Of a stretch of DNA of 64,000 bases, positions 51,629 to 64,000 are shown in pieces. The stretch spans positions 65,348,001-65,412,000 of the forward strand of contig NC_043010.1 of assembly GCF_006345805.1 (NCBI RefSeq). The letters are read 5' to 3'. Source of the DNA: Octopus sinensis (Eukaryota). Positions within the stretch are counted from its first letter, which is position 1; each line of letters begins with the position of its first letter. Below the pieces are notes generated by a model. It was not told where the DNA came from. It made no database searches and saw only the letters and a program-made list of their open reading frames with translations. A program made the translations under genes and the position numbers.

Positions 51629-52089
51629 TATGTATCATTATATGTATGCTTGTATGCTGTGTGCACGCGTGTGCGCGCCCGAGTGCGGGCGTGCGCGCAA
51701 GCATAATATCAAATAATATAAGTAGTGAAAAGCAGATCAAGTGCTGATATCAATACACATAGAGGTATGTTTTATACTTTAAGTTTCCTGCGATAAAATT
51801 TCTTTTCTCATTCAACATCTACAACAGCAGGTCGACAGAGAGAAGATAATGGCTTATGAATCGAAGATTGCTGTAATCTACTGCAACGGTCTCAAGTGTA
51901 AGTAGTTACCATTTGTATATGAAATCCTTACGTTCAAGAATTATCACTATTTCGAATTTAACATGATCTTGTATATGTATATATGTATGCATGTGTAATT
52001 TCTCTTCCTCTTTTTAATTTAGAATAAATTTCGACCGGCCACCGACTGTATGGCAAGGTTGTGAGGGAAAATATCATTATTTAAGCGTC

Positions 52090-53437
52090 ATCCTTTAAAT
52101 CTTAAGAAGGTAGACTTTTATAGTCCCGGATACCGTGATTATTTGTAGCTCATTAATTACAAAATAACATTCATTCCCCAAGATTCCAAGTTCAGACGTA
52201 GTTTGTTCCAGATGGGTTGGCATGTATCCAGTTGCTCCATTAATAGTGGGTATGAAGCTGAAAGTGTGTCTTGGGTACTGGATTTACAAACTTCTTGTCA
52301 ATAGTTCGTAGATGTCCTCTTTCTCTAGCATTTTTCTTACTACATTTGTGTCCAGAATGCAGCTGATTTCTACAATAGAATGTATCTTTTTCTTGTGGTT
52401 TTACACCACGATATCTGGCCGGTTGTTTTTAATTTGGTGACTTGAACCGATGGTTCAAAAGAATATTGGTGGAACTTAAAAATAAAAGCTGCCATCTGGA
52501 GCAAACTACGTTTGGACTTGGAATCTAGGCGAGTGAATGTAAATCCGTAATTCATAAACTACAAATGATCACACATACATACATACATACATGCATACAT
52601 ACATACATTGAAACCGATGTATGTGTGTATGTAATGTATGTATGAATGTATGTATGTATGTATGTATGTATGTATGTATGTATGTATGTATGTATACATA
52701 CATACATACATACATACATACATACATACATACATACATACATACATTCATACATACATTACATACACACATACATCGGTTTCAATTTGGTCGGCTCTGT
52801 TTATAGGTATTTTCGCTTTTGTTATCCTGCTTAGACCGTGTTGATCACCGCATCATGCCTCAGGTGAGGATAACATCTGGAAGACCTTCTCTCACAGTTG
52901 GCAATGTATTGATGTCTTCAGTCTAGATTTTGCTCAAGCTACATTCGTTGTCAGTCAACGTTTACTGCTTCTTATGCTACAGTTACTTGCTAGCAATCTT
53001 TGTTTCTTGAATTGCATGGAAGTAGCCTTCGAGGCGAAATGTTATAATCTTGTAGGTACTTTATCCCAAGTTTTTGACACGACCAATCCCTTCTATGGTT
53101 TGTGTTTTTCGTGCCAAATAACCCTGTACAATCTTCTCAGTGAATTGGTCAATTTTTTTTATTCTGACCTGTGTCAGCTATGATTTCACACATCTCCTCA
53201 AGTAAATTGGCCATCCTATGTTACTGGTTCCATGGTCAAAAACTTGGTCTCTTTCCTCTGTTGCAGATGTTTAAGTGTCGGAATGCGTTCTTCGTATGAC
53301 CACAGCCACCATCCTTGCGTCGGAAGTATAGCCTTTCAACATCTCCATTCATATTCAAGTTTCATATAACACCGAGCAGCTTGCGAGTTCCAACATCTGT
53401 TCATAGAGTTCGTGTAGCGACTAGTTCAGTAGACGTA
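52090..53437 (-). mobile_element. decayed R4-type LINE, interrupted by a microsatellite palindrome
   Basis: EGYFHAIQETKI, KNNRPDIVV...IVEISCILDTNV...EKEDIY (PD..(D/E)xK restriction-like endonuclease), ELQIITVSGT. Confidence 0.7.
52607..52786. repeat. 180-bp spacerless palindrome
   Basis: ATTGAAACCGATGTATGTGTGTATGTAATGTATGTATGAATG(TATG)n-GTATAC-exact reverse complement; arms differ by one 4-bp unit. Confidence 0.92.
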
Positions 53438-53571
53438 TGGTATGTATGTATGTATGTATGTATGTATGTATGTATGCATGCATGCATGCATGCATGCATG
53501 CATGCATGCATGTATGTATGTATGTATGTATGTATGTATGTATGTATATATGTATGTATGTATGTATGTAT

Positions 53572-54705
53572 GTCATTATTCAGTTTTATTTCAAAATTTC
53601 TTGTCAGTAGAGAAAGAACCGGTTTCTAACCTAGTTCCAAGTCTACTTCATTGGAATTTCAAAAACATCAGGATATGATTGGATGTATAGTTATATATGT
53701 GCAGTATTTTGAGTGTGCATGTATAGATTTGTATGGTTCGTTCTATGTATGTATTCGCATGCATATAGTTGTATGTCTTGACACGCTCATATATTCTTTA
53801 AGGATTAACTCTGGAAAGTTTCACAGATTTTTACTGTTCCAGTGATGGATTGAATCTGGTGTCTTCGAATCAGCTTTCTCCCTTCAGGTTTTGAGAAGCC
53901 TAATTTCTCAAGATTAGTATCCAGGCAATGTGTTACATATCTCAGTGCCCTCAATAATTACAGGTATAAACCTGATCTTGTAATCTGGACAGAGAAAGTG
54001 TAGATTTCTCAATAGTTCAGGGTTGGTATTTTCTTTTCACTGATTTTTTAGCTTTATGTTAGCATCCGATGTGCAGCAGATTTCCATAATTATTCACAGT
54101 TTCCTTTCCCTCTCCCAAATAACTATGTCTTTTCTGTTATGTTCACATTTAATTGATTTTTCACTGGAACATTCCACCAGCATTCTTTTTTATTATGAAT
54201 GACTATGGCTTCTAACATACTGTGAGTTTTTGTTTCTTTGGCTTTTGGGTTATCCTTCCGACAGCTCTCATTATTCAGTGTCCTAGCTAAAACACTGCAT
54301 CATCGGTAGATAATGCCGTGATGGCATTTTCGGATAAATGCTTATGATGTGTTATCTCCACAAAGTCTGCAACGGTTGTCACATTCTGATGCTTTTCCTA
54401 TGTCTCTACCCTTTTGTGCATCAGGTATTTGGCTGATATTTCCTGCTCATGGAAGGAACTGCAATCGCATACGCTTCAAAGTGAAAGTTAGTGATCCGGA
54501 TGTTGGTCCATGCTAGACTTCTCTGATGGTCAGTGTTACTGTTATCCCGGAGATTTCTACTATCCTCTCCTTGCATGGTCTTCTGCTGGTAAAAGCTAAT
54601 TCTTTCATCTGATGATACGTTGCGGTAGAGTCGTGCGAGTTCTTTGGGCATGTGGTTGGGGCACCAGACAAGTATTGCTGCTCCGGCGGCTGCTTCTAAG
54701 TCTTA
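53572..54705 (-). mobile_element. 5'-truncated R4-type LINE inside (TATG)n
   Basis: CDNRCRLCGD knuckle, RLE region, IQSITGTVKIC terminus; 3' UTR ends ...AATAAAACTGAATAATGAC directly into (ATAC)n. Confidence 0.78.
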
Positions 54706-54717
54706 TGTATACATACA

Positions 54718-54916
54718 GTATGTATGTATGTATGTATGTATGTATGTATGTATGTATGTATGTATGTATGTATGTATTATTATGTACGTATGTATGTATG
54801 TATGTATGTATTATGTATGTATGTATGTAAGTATGTATGTATGTATGTATGTATGTATTATGTATGTATTATGTATGCATGTATGTATTATGTATGTATG
54901 TATGTATGTATTTATG

Positions 54917-54950
<34 letters not shown>

Positions 54951-55702
54951 TGTATGTATGTATGTATGTATGTATGTATGCATGTATGCATGTGTGTATG
55001 TATGTATGTATGTATGTATGTATGTATGTATGTATGTATGTATGTATGAATGTGTGTATGTATGTATGTATTATGTATGTATGTATGTATGTATGTATGT
55101 ATGTATGTATGTATGTATGTATGTATGTATGAATGTGTGTATGTATGTATGTATTATGTATGTATGTATGTATGTATGTATGTATGTATGTATGTATGTA
55201 TGTATGTATTATTATGTACGTATGTATGTATGTATGTATGTATGTATGTATGTATGAATGTGTGTATGTATGTATGTATTATGTATGTATGTATGCATGT
55301 GTGTATGTATGTATGTGTGTATGTATGTATGTGTGTATGTATGTATGTATGTATTATGTATGTATGTATGTATGTATTATGTATGTATGTATGTATTATG
55401 TATGTATGTAAGTATGTATGTATGTATGTATTATGTATGTATGTATGTATTATGTATGTATTATGTATGTATTATGTATGTATGTATGTATGTATTTATG
55501 TATATATGTATGTATGCATGTATGTATGTATTATGTATGTATGTATGTATGTATGTATTTATGTATATATGTATGTATGCATGTATGTATGTATGTATGT
55601 ATGCATGTATGTATGTATGTATTTATGTATATATGTATGTATATATGTATGTAAGTATTATGTATGTATGTATGTATGCACGTATGTATGTATGTATTTA
55701 TG

Positions 55703-55734
<32 letters not shown>

Positions 55735-55900
55735 CATGTATGTATGTATTATGTATGTAGGTATGTATGTATGTATTATGTATGTATGTATGTATGTATG
55801 TATGTATGTATGTATGTATGCATGTGTGTATAGATGTATGTATGCATGCATGTGTGTATGTATGTATGTATGTATGCATGTATGTATGTATGTATGTACG
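54718..55900. repeat. ~1.2-kb (TATG)n array
   Basis: direct; TAT and TGAA interruptions recur with an ~83-bp period near 55050, 55133. Confidence 0.97.
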
Positions 55901-56959
55901 TCAGGTCACTTTCGAGTGCTACTGGTAACATGTAACCCAGTACAACCTGTTGCATGGTCGGTTCGTCGGCGACTAAACCGGCAACCCCACCAATCTTGCT
56001 TGGTGAAGAGGGTGTTTATTGGACACCCTGCGGGATGAAAATCAAAACCCGTCAAAGGGCGGAGGAACTCATGAGAGTCAACGACCATCCAATAAATGTC
56101 TTGAGGCTGTATCATGCGCGGGGACATAGAAATAATCAGACTGAATACCCGATCGCGCGGTTAAACCATTGGGAGTCAAGGACTCCTAGCCTTTGTTAGG
56201 GCATCCTTCTAGAAGGTAACTCAGGTAACTGGGATAACTCCGACATAAAACCTGCGGCTCAGTGGTTACCGATGATGTTGACTTGTTCTTCTTTTCGGAT
56301 TATGGCTGCTATTGCTTAGTGAGTGGGATTGATTCAGTGCAGAGCCTTTCCTCACTTAAAAAAAAAATCTTCTTGCACAGGCATTGCATGATAACAACAT
56401 TGATTAAGCTTCGTGAAATGGCCATACTTGATAACGAGGGGACAGCCACCATGTATGTATGTATGTATGCGTGTGTGTATGTATGCACCGATGTAAATGT
56501 GTATGTGTGTATGTATGCATATATGTGTATGTGTGTATGTATGTATATATATGTTGTATGTATGTATATATGTTTGTATGTATGCATGTATGTATGTGTG
56601 CATGTATGTACTGATGTATGTATGTGTGTATGTGCGTCTATATATATATATATGTTTGTATGTATATATGTATGCATGCTTGTATGTATGTGTGTGTATG
56701 TATGTTTGTATGCATGTATGTGTGTGTATGTATGTATGTATCCATGCACCTATGTATGCGTGAGTGTGCATGTACGTATGTATATGTTTGTATGTATATA
56801 TGTATGTTTGTATATATGCATGTATGTATGTTTGTATGTACGTATGTATATATATGTTTGTATGTATATATGCGTGCCTGCCTGTATGTATGTATGTATA
56901 TATGTATTATATATGCATGCATGCCTGTATGTATGTGTGTGTATGTATGTATGTATTTA

Positions 56960-57017
<58 letters not shown>

Positions 57018-57228
57018 CACGACTAACTTTATAGCGCCACTTGGGAAATATATTTCATGATGTTTCGTGATACAGTCAACCTTTCACTCAACCCTTCACC
57101 AGTCGAGTGAAGAGCTATTGTTTGCACAAGTATATTCAGATGTAGGTTTATCTCGAATTTATTGGCGATAGTCATCCAGGAAACGTTTGAAAGTTGAGTT
57201 GCATGTAGTCATATATATATATATATAT

Positions 57229-57533
57229 AATTTAGAAAAGTGACCACTAAAACTGGACAGCCTATACGCTAGATATTGACGTCAAAATCGTCATTTTCCA
57301 CGAAGAATGTGCTCTCAAGAAAAAACTCACCAAAGTGTTAAAATAAGCAAATCAAATCAAATTATACGAAATAAAAAAAACGATTCGTATATTTCCATTT
57401 GTCTTGCTTACTTTTACACTTTGGTTTTTGCCGAGTTTTTTTCCTGAGAACACATTCTTCGTGGAAAATGTCGACTTTGACGTCTATATCTAGCGTTTTG
57501 GCTGTCCACTTTTAGAAGTCAGTCCTCTAAATT
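57229..57533. mobile_element. foldback MITE, ~130-bp arms
   Basis: GGACAGCC..ACGCTAGATAT.GACGTCAAA.TCG.CATTTTCCACGAAGAATGTG mirrored at 57450-57510. Confidence 0.85.
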
Positions 57534-57621
57534 TTGCATGTAAAAAAATTTTTAATCTTCGGATTTTTTAAAATATGCTAGGCCACTGGTTTTAATTGAT
57601 TAATATCAATTTCTCCCCTTA

Positions 57622-57674
<53 letters not shown>

Positions 57675-57789
57675 GCGCGCGTGTGTGTGTGCATGTATGA
57701 ATGTATGTATGTCATATCTATGATCCTATGAGGGATACGGAGTTTAGTCCGACAAATATTGATTTTCAAAATTTGGAACAAGACCAGCA

Positions 57790-57945
57790 ATGTCGGGGTA
57801 GGGGGCAGTACTGGACTGGTACTAATTTTCTCGAACCCGAAAAGTTGAATGGCAAAGCTGGCTTCGTCGAAATTAGAACTCGGAACGTAAAGGCGGATGA
57901 AATGCCGCTAAGCATTTTGTTCGGCGCGTTAACAATTCGACCTGC
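57790..57945 (-). mobile_element. SINE type A, degenerate
   Basis: CAGTACTGG...CCCGAAAAG.TGAATGGCAAAG...AACGTAAAGGCGGATGAAATGCCGCTAAGCATTT. Confidence 0.7.
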
Positions 57946-58623
57946 TCGTTGCTTTTGTCTGACACACGGAATTCTAGCGTCAGAGTGCAAGAAAACACAT
58001 CGAATCACACGTGGAGCTGGTGAATCAAGCTGGATATGTTTCGATGTTGAACGATGACGTCATCGGTGTTATAATATTCTGTGACCCCCATTAACAAGTG
58101 ACCCTCCTGGAATTACATGTAATATTCATCAGAACAGTTGCAACCAATTGTAATTCCTATTGAACACCGTATTGGAGAAGGAAGTTTATCGATTCGACTG
58201 GATCGAGTTAGAGTTCAGATTCATATACAGCGAGAAAATAACTGTGAATAATTACATATTGCGTCTAGACGAAGACACGTGCACACATATACATAATACA
58301 CAAATACACAGCCAGAGGCACATGTTTATAGATCTTTCTCTTCTTCCTTTTACTTGTTTCAGAATGTGTCCATGCTGGAGCACCGGTTCGAAATTTTTAG
58401 CCGAATGAATCAACCGCAGTATTTATTTTATTGTTAAATCCGTTACTTATCCAATCGGTCACTTTTCTCGAAATACTAAGTTACGTGGACGCAAATATAC
58501 CAACACCAGTTGCCTCGCGGCTATGTGGCGGGAACAAGCATAGACACAAAGACACATTCACACACTGTCATATATACAAATAAATATGATAAATGATCAT
58601 GCAGAGAATAGTCAAAATGCCCA

Positions 58624-58998
58624 TTGATGAACTCCGGTATTAGTACAAATCTTGTATATAGATGTAACGTGAACACAAGGGGAGAGCCGTATGTTTACAT
58701 TGGGCAGACGGATGATTTATTTAAGAATCGTCATCGCAACCATGTCGCCAGCTTCACAATTTTGGCCGATTTCATGTGGCTAAAGAAGGAACATAAAATA
58801 CGTATCACTTGGTCCATAGTAAGGTACTCGAAACCATGCAATATAATTTCCAGGAGATACCATCTCTGCTCCGAGGAATCCCTGTCAATTCTGTGGACTA
58901 GTAAGAAGATCATTAATAGAATTTCTGAAAGGCTCTCAAGATGTCTACATGCATATAAATGTACTTTCGGACAACGCAGTGGGAATGAACTTGAGTAA
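58624..58998 (+). mobile_element. PLE GIY-YIG endonuclease remnant
   Basis: NLVYRCNV...VYIGQTDDLFKNRHRNHVASF...ITWSIVRYSKP...HLCSEESLSIL...NRISERLSRCLH. Confidence 0.8.
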
Positions 58999-59439
58999 AT
59001 GTTAACATAATCTACTTTAAGGTATGGATGAATTAAGTTTAGCTTTAAGCTTCCCATTCTTATAAGCACCAAATAGCTATTAAACTCGTCATGTGAGTGT
59101 GTGTTCACCAAACCACACGTGTGCATATGCTTACAATTTCGTGAATGCTTCTATGAGCGCCATACAGATTGCGCCAGAGCATTTATACACCCATGTATAT
59201 TAACAGTTACTTTTAATACTTTTCTTGCTGTATTGAGTGGTCGTTTCTCTTTTGCATCTTTTATCCTGGATCTTCTATAAAAATGAAGACATTTCCTTCG
59301 ATTTGCTGCTTTTCTTTCTACAAAATGAGAAGATACATTTCGGGGCTGTTGTTTTAACGAGTTATATCTATTTATCACGCGATGAGACACATCTGCACCG
59401 CTGGATGCTTCTGAACCAGTTGTTAAGTGTCCCACCCGT

Positions 59440-60200
59440 GAGGGATCAAAGCTAGATGTGTCGAAACAATTGTCGTCCTCAGCAACACCCTCACTCTGAC
59501 AGACGATATTCAATGCCGTATTTGTCTTGCCTCTCCTGCGTTTGGGTGGCTAAGTACTCACGTCCGTCTCAACAAAAGCATCAACATCAAAACAAGAGTG
59601 GTTGTCTACAACGCTGTTTGTGTCTCAATCCTGCTATGTGGCTGCGAGTCCTGGGTGTCCTACCGCCGACATATCAAGATCCTCGAACAATTTCATATAT
59701 CTTGCCTTCTACAACTTCTCGGCTTACACTGGTGATGCAAGATCCCACATGCCAAACGTGGCCAGACAGCCAGCTATTAGCGATAACATTCGCTAACCGC
59801 CAACTCAGATGGGCAGGGTATGTCATTTGAATGCCTTCAAATCGATTGCCCCGCCTTGTTATGTACGGTGAACTTGAAGATGGAAGACACTCCGTTAGTG
59901 GCCAGCACAAGCACTTGTCATATCCTTCCCGAAAAAATGTCATATCCCTCCCGACAATCTCGAATCAATGGCTGCAGATTGCACTAGCTGGTGCGGCGCA
60001 TACAAGACTGGCACCACCAAACTCCAAGAAGATTGACTGCAGAGTGAAGTGGCACGCCGCACTTGGCGGTAGGTGCAGAACCCGGGAAGCCAATAGTAGT
60101 AAGGCTTTACATGCTCCACCTTCGAAGGTATCTGTCTCTCCAGCACTGGACTTCATAGTCATCAGAGATCACATAACAACGAATGACGTTTGGAAAGAGT
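59440..60200 (+). mobile_element. RTE/BovB-type LINE 3' part
   Basis: DDIQCRICLASPAFG..IKTRVVVYNAVCVSILLCGCESW...QLRWAGYVI*MPSNRLPRLVMYGEL. Confidence 0.85.
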
Positions 60201-60249
60201 ACTCATCGCTTCACGATGTCCACGAAATGATGAAGCATTGATATATATA

Positions 60250-60395
60250 TACACACAAGAAAGGATTCTTTCAGTTTCTGTCTACCAAATCTCTTCTCAA
60301 GTCTTTGGTTAGCCTGAGACTATATGAGAAGACAATTGGCCAAGGTGTCACTGAAACCATGTGATTGGGAAGCAAGATTCTTACCATACAGCCAC
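60250..60395 (-). mobile_element. SINE type B, 5' half
   Basis: TTCTTTCAGTTTCTGTCTACCAAATC...AACCATGTGATTGGGAAGC. Confidence 0.7.
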
Positions 60396-60404
60396 GCCAG
60401 CACC

Positions 60405-60483
<79 letters not shown>

Positions 60484-61005
60484 AGACCATCTACACAAAG
60501 CGCATATACGCAAACAGGCGTATGCACACGTGTACATACACACACGGAGATAGCGACTAACGAATACGCACATGTATATGCACGTACTAACACACACTTA
60601 GACACGCACCCGTGTACGTACTCGTAGAGAGTCTATCGTGGTCGCAGTAATAAGCTAACTCTCTTACCTTATGCATAGAGTTTATAGCATACCGTATACC
60701 ATTCAAATATATCATACAAGACGTCATACAAAATATCATATGCTGTCTATTACAATACACGATACAATATACAATATGTAATGCAAAAGTTCATTGAAGA
60801 CATCAGACATGTACATGTTGTTGTTATTGTTGTTGTTGTTGTTGTTATTGTTGTTGTTCTTATTGTTATTGTTGTTGTTGATATTTTTGTTGTTCTTCTT
60901 ATTGATGGTGGTGGTGGCGGTGGGGGTGTTTACTGGTTCCAGTAAAGAGTCTCTTACAAGAAAATTGCTTACAACTAGTCAACCAACCAAGGAAGTATAT
61001 ATATT

Positions 61006-61582
61006 CGTTTCTTCTCTAAGCACAGGGCCCGAAATTTTGGTGGGAGGGGACCAGTCGATTAGGTCGACCCCAGTACGCAACTGATACTTAATTTATCGAC
61101 CCTGAAAGGATGAAAGGCAAAGTCGACCTCGGTGGAATTTGAACTCAGAACGTAAAGACATGAAATACCAATTCTTTACTACTCACAAGAGGCTAAACAC
61201 AGAGGGGACAAACAAGGACAGACAAATGGTTTAAGTCGATTACATCGGCCCCAGTGCGTAACTGGTACTTATTTAATCGACCCCGAAAGGATGAAAGGCA
61301 AAGTCGACCTCGGCGGAATTTGAACTCAGAACGTAAAGACACGAAAAACCAATTCTTTACTACTCACAAGGGGCTTAACACAGAGGGGAAATACAAGGAC
61401 AGACAACTGGTCTAGGTCGATTACATCGGCCCCAGTGCGTAACTGGTACTTATTTAATCGACCTCGAAAGGATGAAAGGCAAAGTCGACCTTGGCGGAAT
61501 TTGAACTCGGAACGTAACGGCAGACGAAATACGGCTAAGCATTTCGCCTGGCATACTAACGTTCCTGCCAGCTCCCCGCCCT
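61006..61582 (-). mobile_element. head-to-tail trimer of SINE type A inside one TSD
   Basis: ~180-bp period (61080, 61260, 61441); TSD AAGGAAGTATA(T/G)ATATT at 60989-61005 and 61583-61599. Confidence 0.88.
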
Positions 61583-61711
61583 AAGGAAGTATAGATATTA
61601 ACGCCGTCAGGTGGCGTTAGCAGTAAGCTCCGTACGAAGGTGAACACCTTTGACCTGCTGTCAGATATAAAATTTCATCTCTATCTCTTTCTCTCTCTCT
61701 CACTCTCTTTT

Positions 61712-61743
<32 letters not shown>

Positions 61744-62122
61744 GCTCTCTCTCCTACTCTTCGATAATATGAATAGTGCAACAGCTGCACATATCACTGT
61801 TACTGCTGAAATACTTCTGAATAGCATCGTATGTCAATCGAAGGATTATTAATACTAACATCATCACCACTAGCCAACGAGGGAGCCTCCATAGTTGAGA
61901 GAACTGCTAGACATATCAATCAAATCTCCCTCAAGATACACCCTACACTTTAAAAAGCAAATGGACACGCTGAATTGTGTAGTCCTGCATTCGTTGGGCA
62001 TATGAAATAAGGGGTTATCACGGCAGGGAAGCCTTTGTTCATACGGCTGCTCGTTGAGGGTCTGACCTGAGGATAAACATGAGGATAGCTACAACAGCAA
62101 CAACAACTTTATTATCACAACT

Positions 62123-62530
62123 ACTTCAACATTTAAGTTCAGTTCAACATTTAAATTTAATTTGTCAAAATATTTTCGTCGCTTTGAGACCCCGACCTGT
62201 TCACTGACAAAAATCCGTAACAAAATATTTTCGTCGCTTTGAGACCCCGACCTGTTCACTGACAAAAATCCGTAACAAAATATTTTCGTCGCTTTGAGAC
62301 CCCCGACCTGTTCACTGACAAAAATCCGTGACAAAATATTTTCGTCGCTTTGAGACTCCGACCTGTTCACTGACAAAAATCCGCGACAAAATATTTTCGT
62401 CGCTTTGAGACCCCGACCTGTTCACTGACAAAAATCCGTGCTGCACGGATTTTTGTCAGTGAACAGGTCGGGGTCTCAAAGCGCCGAAAACATTTTGAGA
62501 AATTAAATTTTTAAATTTAAATGTTGAAGT
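62123..62530. mobile_element. foldback element with a 5 x 55-bp tandem array in the left arm
   Basis: unit CAAAATATTTTCGTCGCTTTGAGACCCCGACCTGTTCACTGACAAAAATCCGT(A/G)A at 62166, 62221, 62276, 62332, 62387; centre CCGTGC-T-GCACGG; a single inverted copy on the right; outer TTCAACATTTAAATTTAA arms. Confidence 0.92.
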
Positions 62531-63217
62531 GAATCTAACGGATTTTGTGTGTTTTTTAAATGGTTAATAAATACCTTCCACGCTGCAATTATTTTCGTTC
62601 CAGCACACGATCACAGATCAGGTCACTTGCTATGCAACTACATCTCCGTAATATATATATACATATATATATATGTATGTGTGTGTGTGTGTGTGTGTCT
62701 GTCTGTCTGTGTGTCTGTGTGTGTATGTATGTATGTATGTATGTATGTATATATGTATGTATGTATAATTTTAAAAGATTGAAAGCGAGTTCGTCCTTTT
62801 GTGGAGTAATTTCCAAAAGATTTCTAACATTGTTTCTCCATACTTTACTTTTGAATATACTAGTGTAACTCAGTGTTGATATGAAAGCTTATATATAAAA
62901 TACTAAGTATATGAATCAACTTCTTCAGCAAATTGATTCATAATTATGTAATATGGAGGAGATTAGATGTCAAAATAGATTATAGTTTATTTTTCCGCAT
63001 GTAGCTATACAATTTAGCCTCCTACACATTCGTAATAGAAAAATCTGAGTTGTCAGAAAGTACTCGTCGGTAGCCGAGATAAAAAAAAAACTCAAGTACA
63101 TTGGTATGGTGTTGTTTATTGTTCTTGGAGTCATGTCTATTTTAAACAGGATTCATATACTTAATAGTTATACATACATACATACATACATACACACACA
63201 GATAGATAGATAGATAA

Positions 63218-63300
<83 letters not shown>

Positions 63301-63301
63301 C

Positions 63302-63527
63302 TCTTTTACTCTTTTACTTGTTTCAGTCATTTGACTTTGGCTATGCTGGAACACCGCCTTTAGTCGAGCCAATCAACCCCAGGACTTATTTTTGTAAGCC
63401 TAGTACTTATTGTATTGGTCTTTTTTGCCGAACTGCTAAGTTATGGGACGTAAACACACCAGCATTGGTTGTCAAGCGATGTTGGTGGGACAAACACAGA
63501 CACACACACACACGCACATATATATAT

Positions 63528-63572
<45 letters not shown>

Positions 63573-63752
63573 GTGTGTGTGTATACGACGGGCTTCTGTC
63601 AAGTTTCCGTCTACCAAATCCACTCACAAAGCTTTGGTCGGCCCGAGGCTATAGTAGAAGACACTTGCCCAAGGTGCCACGCTGTGGGACTGAACTCGAA
63701 ACAATGTGGTTCGTAAGCAAGCTACTTACCACACACAGCCACTCCTACGCAC
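63302..63752 (-). mobile_element. full-length SINE type B
   Basis: GCGTAGGAGTGGCTGTGTG head to GAAACAAGTAAAAGAGTAAAAGAG tail. Confidence 0.9.
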
Positions 63753-64000
63753 ATATATATATATATATAAGAGTCAAGGATCTAATTGTGGGAAGATAGT
63801 AAGCTTCGAGAAGTCCCTGTTAGATATAAAAAAACAATGTTCAGGGAGAATAATATTTTATTAGCATCGAAGATTGTCAGCTTTTCCTATATCGAAGTTC
63901 GAAAAGCTGAAAACATTTTTTTATACCTCAAAATTGCCATCTTGAGTTGCTGAGGGAATGGAGCAGGTAAAATTCAAACTACTCATGCTTCCTAGCAAGA

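Overview
Eukaryotic, AT-rich, microsatellite-dense DNA whose SINE content looks like octopus/cephalopod (inference). It holds one host gene: a minus-strand, three-coding-exon class A neuropeptide GPCR of 465 aa (28012-27613, 11057-10624, 8940-8377). It most resembles the ETH-receptor/ghrelin/TRH-receptor group and has canonical splice sites. Its 16.6-kb intron 1 carries a ~6.5-kb 33-bp satellite. The rest is mobile DNA: three tRNA-derived SINE types, a full-length dead mariner, a Penelope-like element (PLE) with ~0.7-kb inverted arms, R4/Dong-, RTE- and CR1-type LINE fragments, Helitron/Helentron non-autonomous elements and several foldback MITEs. Most interesting: (1) a hammerhead-ribozyme-delimited 546-nt repeat unit (retrozyme-like) at 39.0-39.9 kb; (2) further PLE-type hammerhead motifs, one sense to the GPCR just downstream of its stop codon; (3) R4-like LINE copies that end exactly at, and sit inside, (ATAC)n arrays; (4) foldback elements growing tandem arrays in one arm. 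All family calls come from motif recognition by eye; no searches were run, and many boundaries are approximate.
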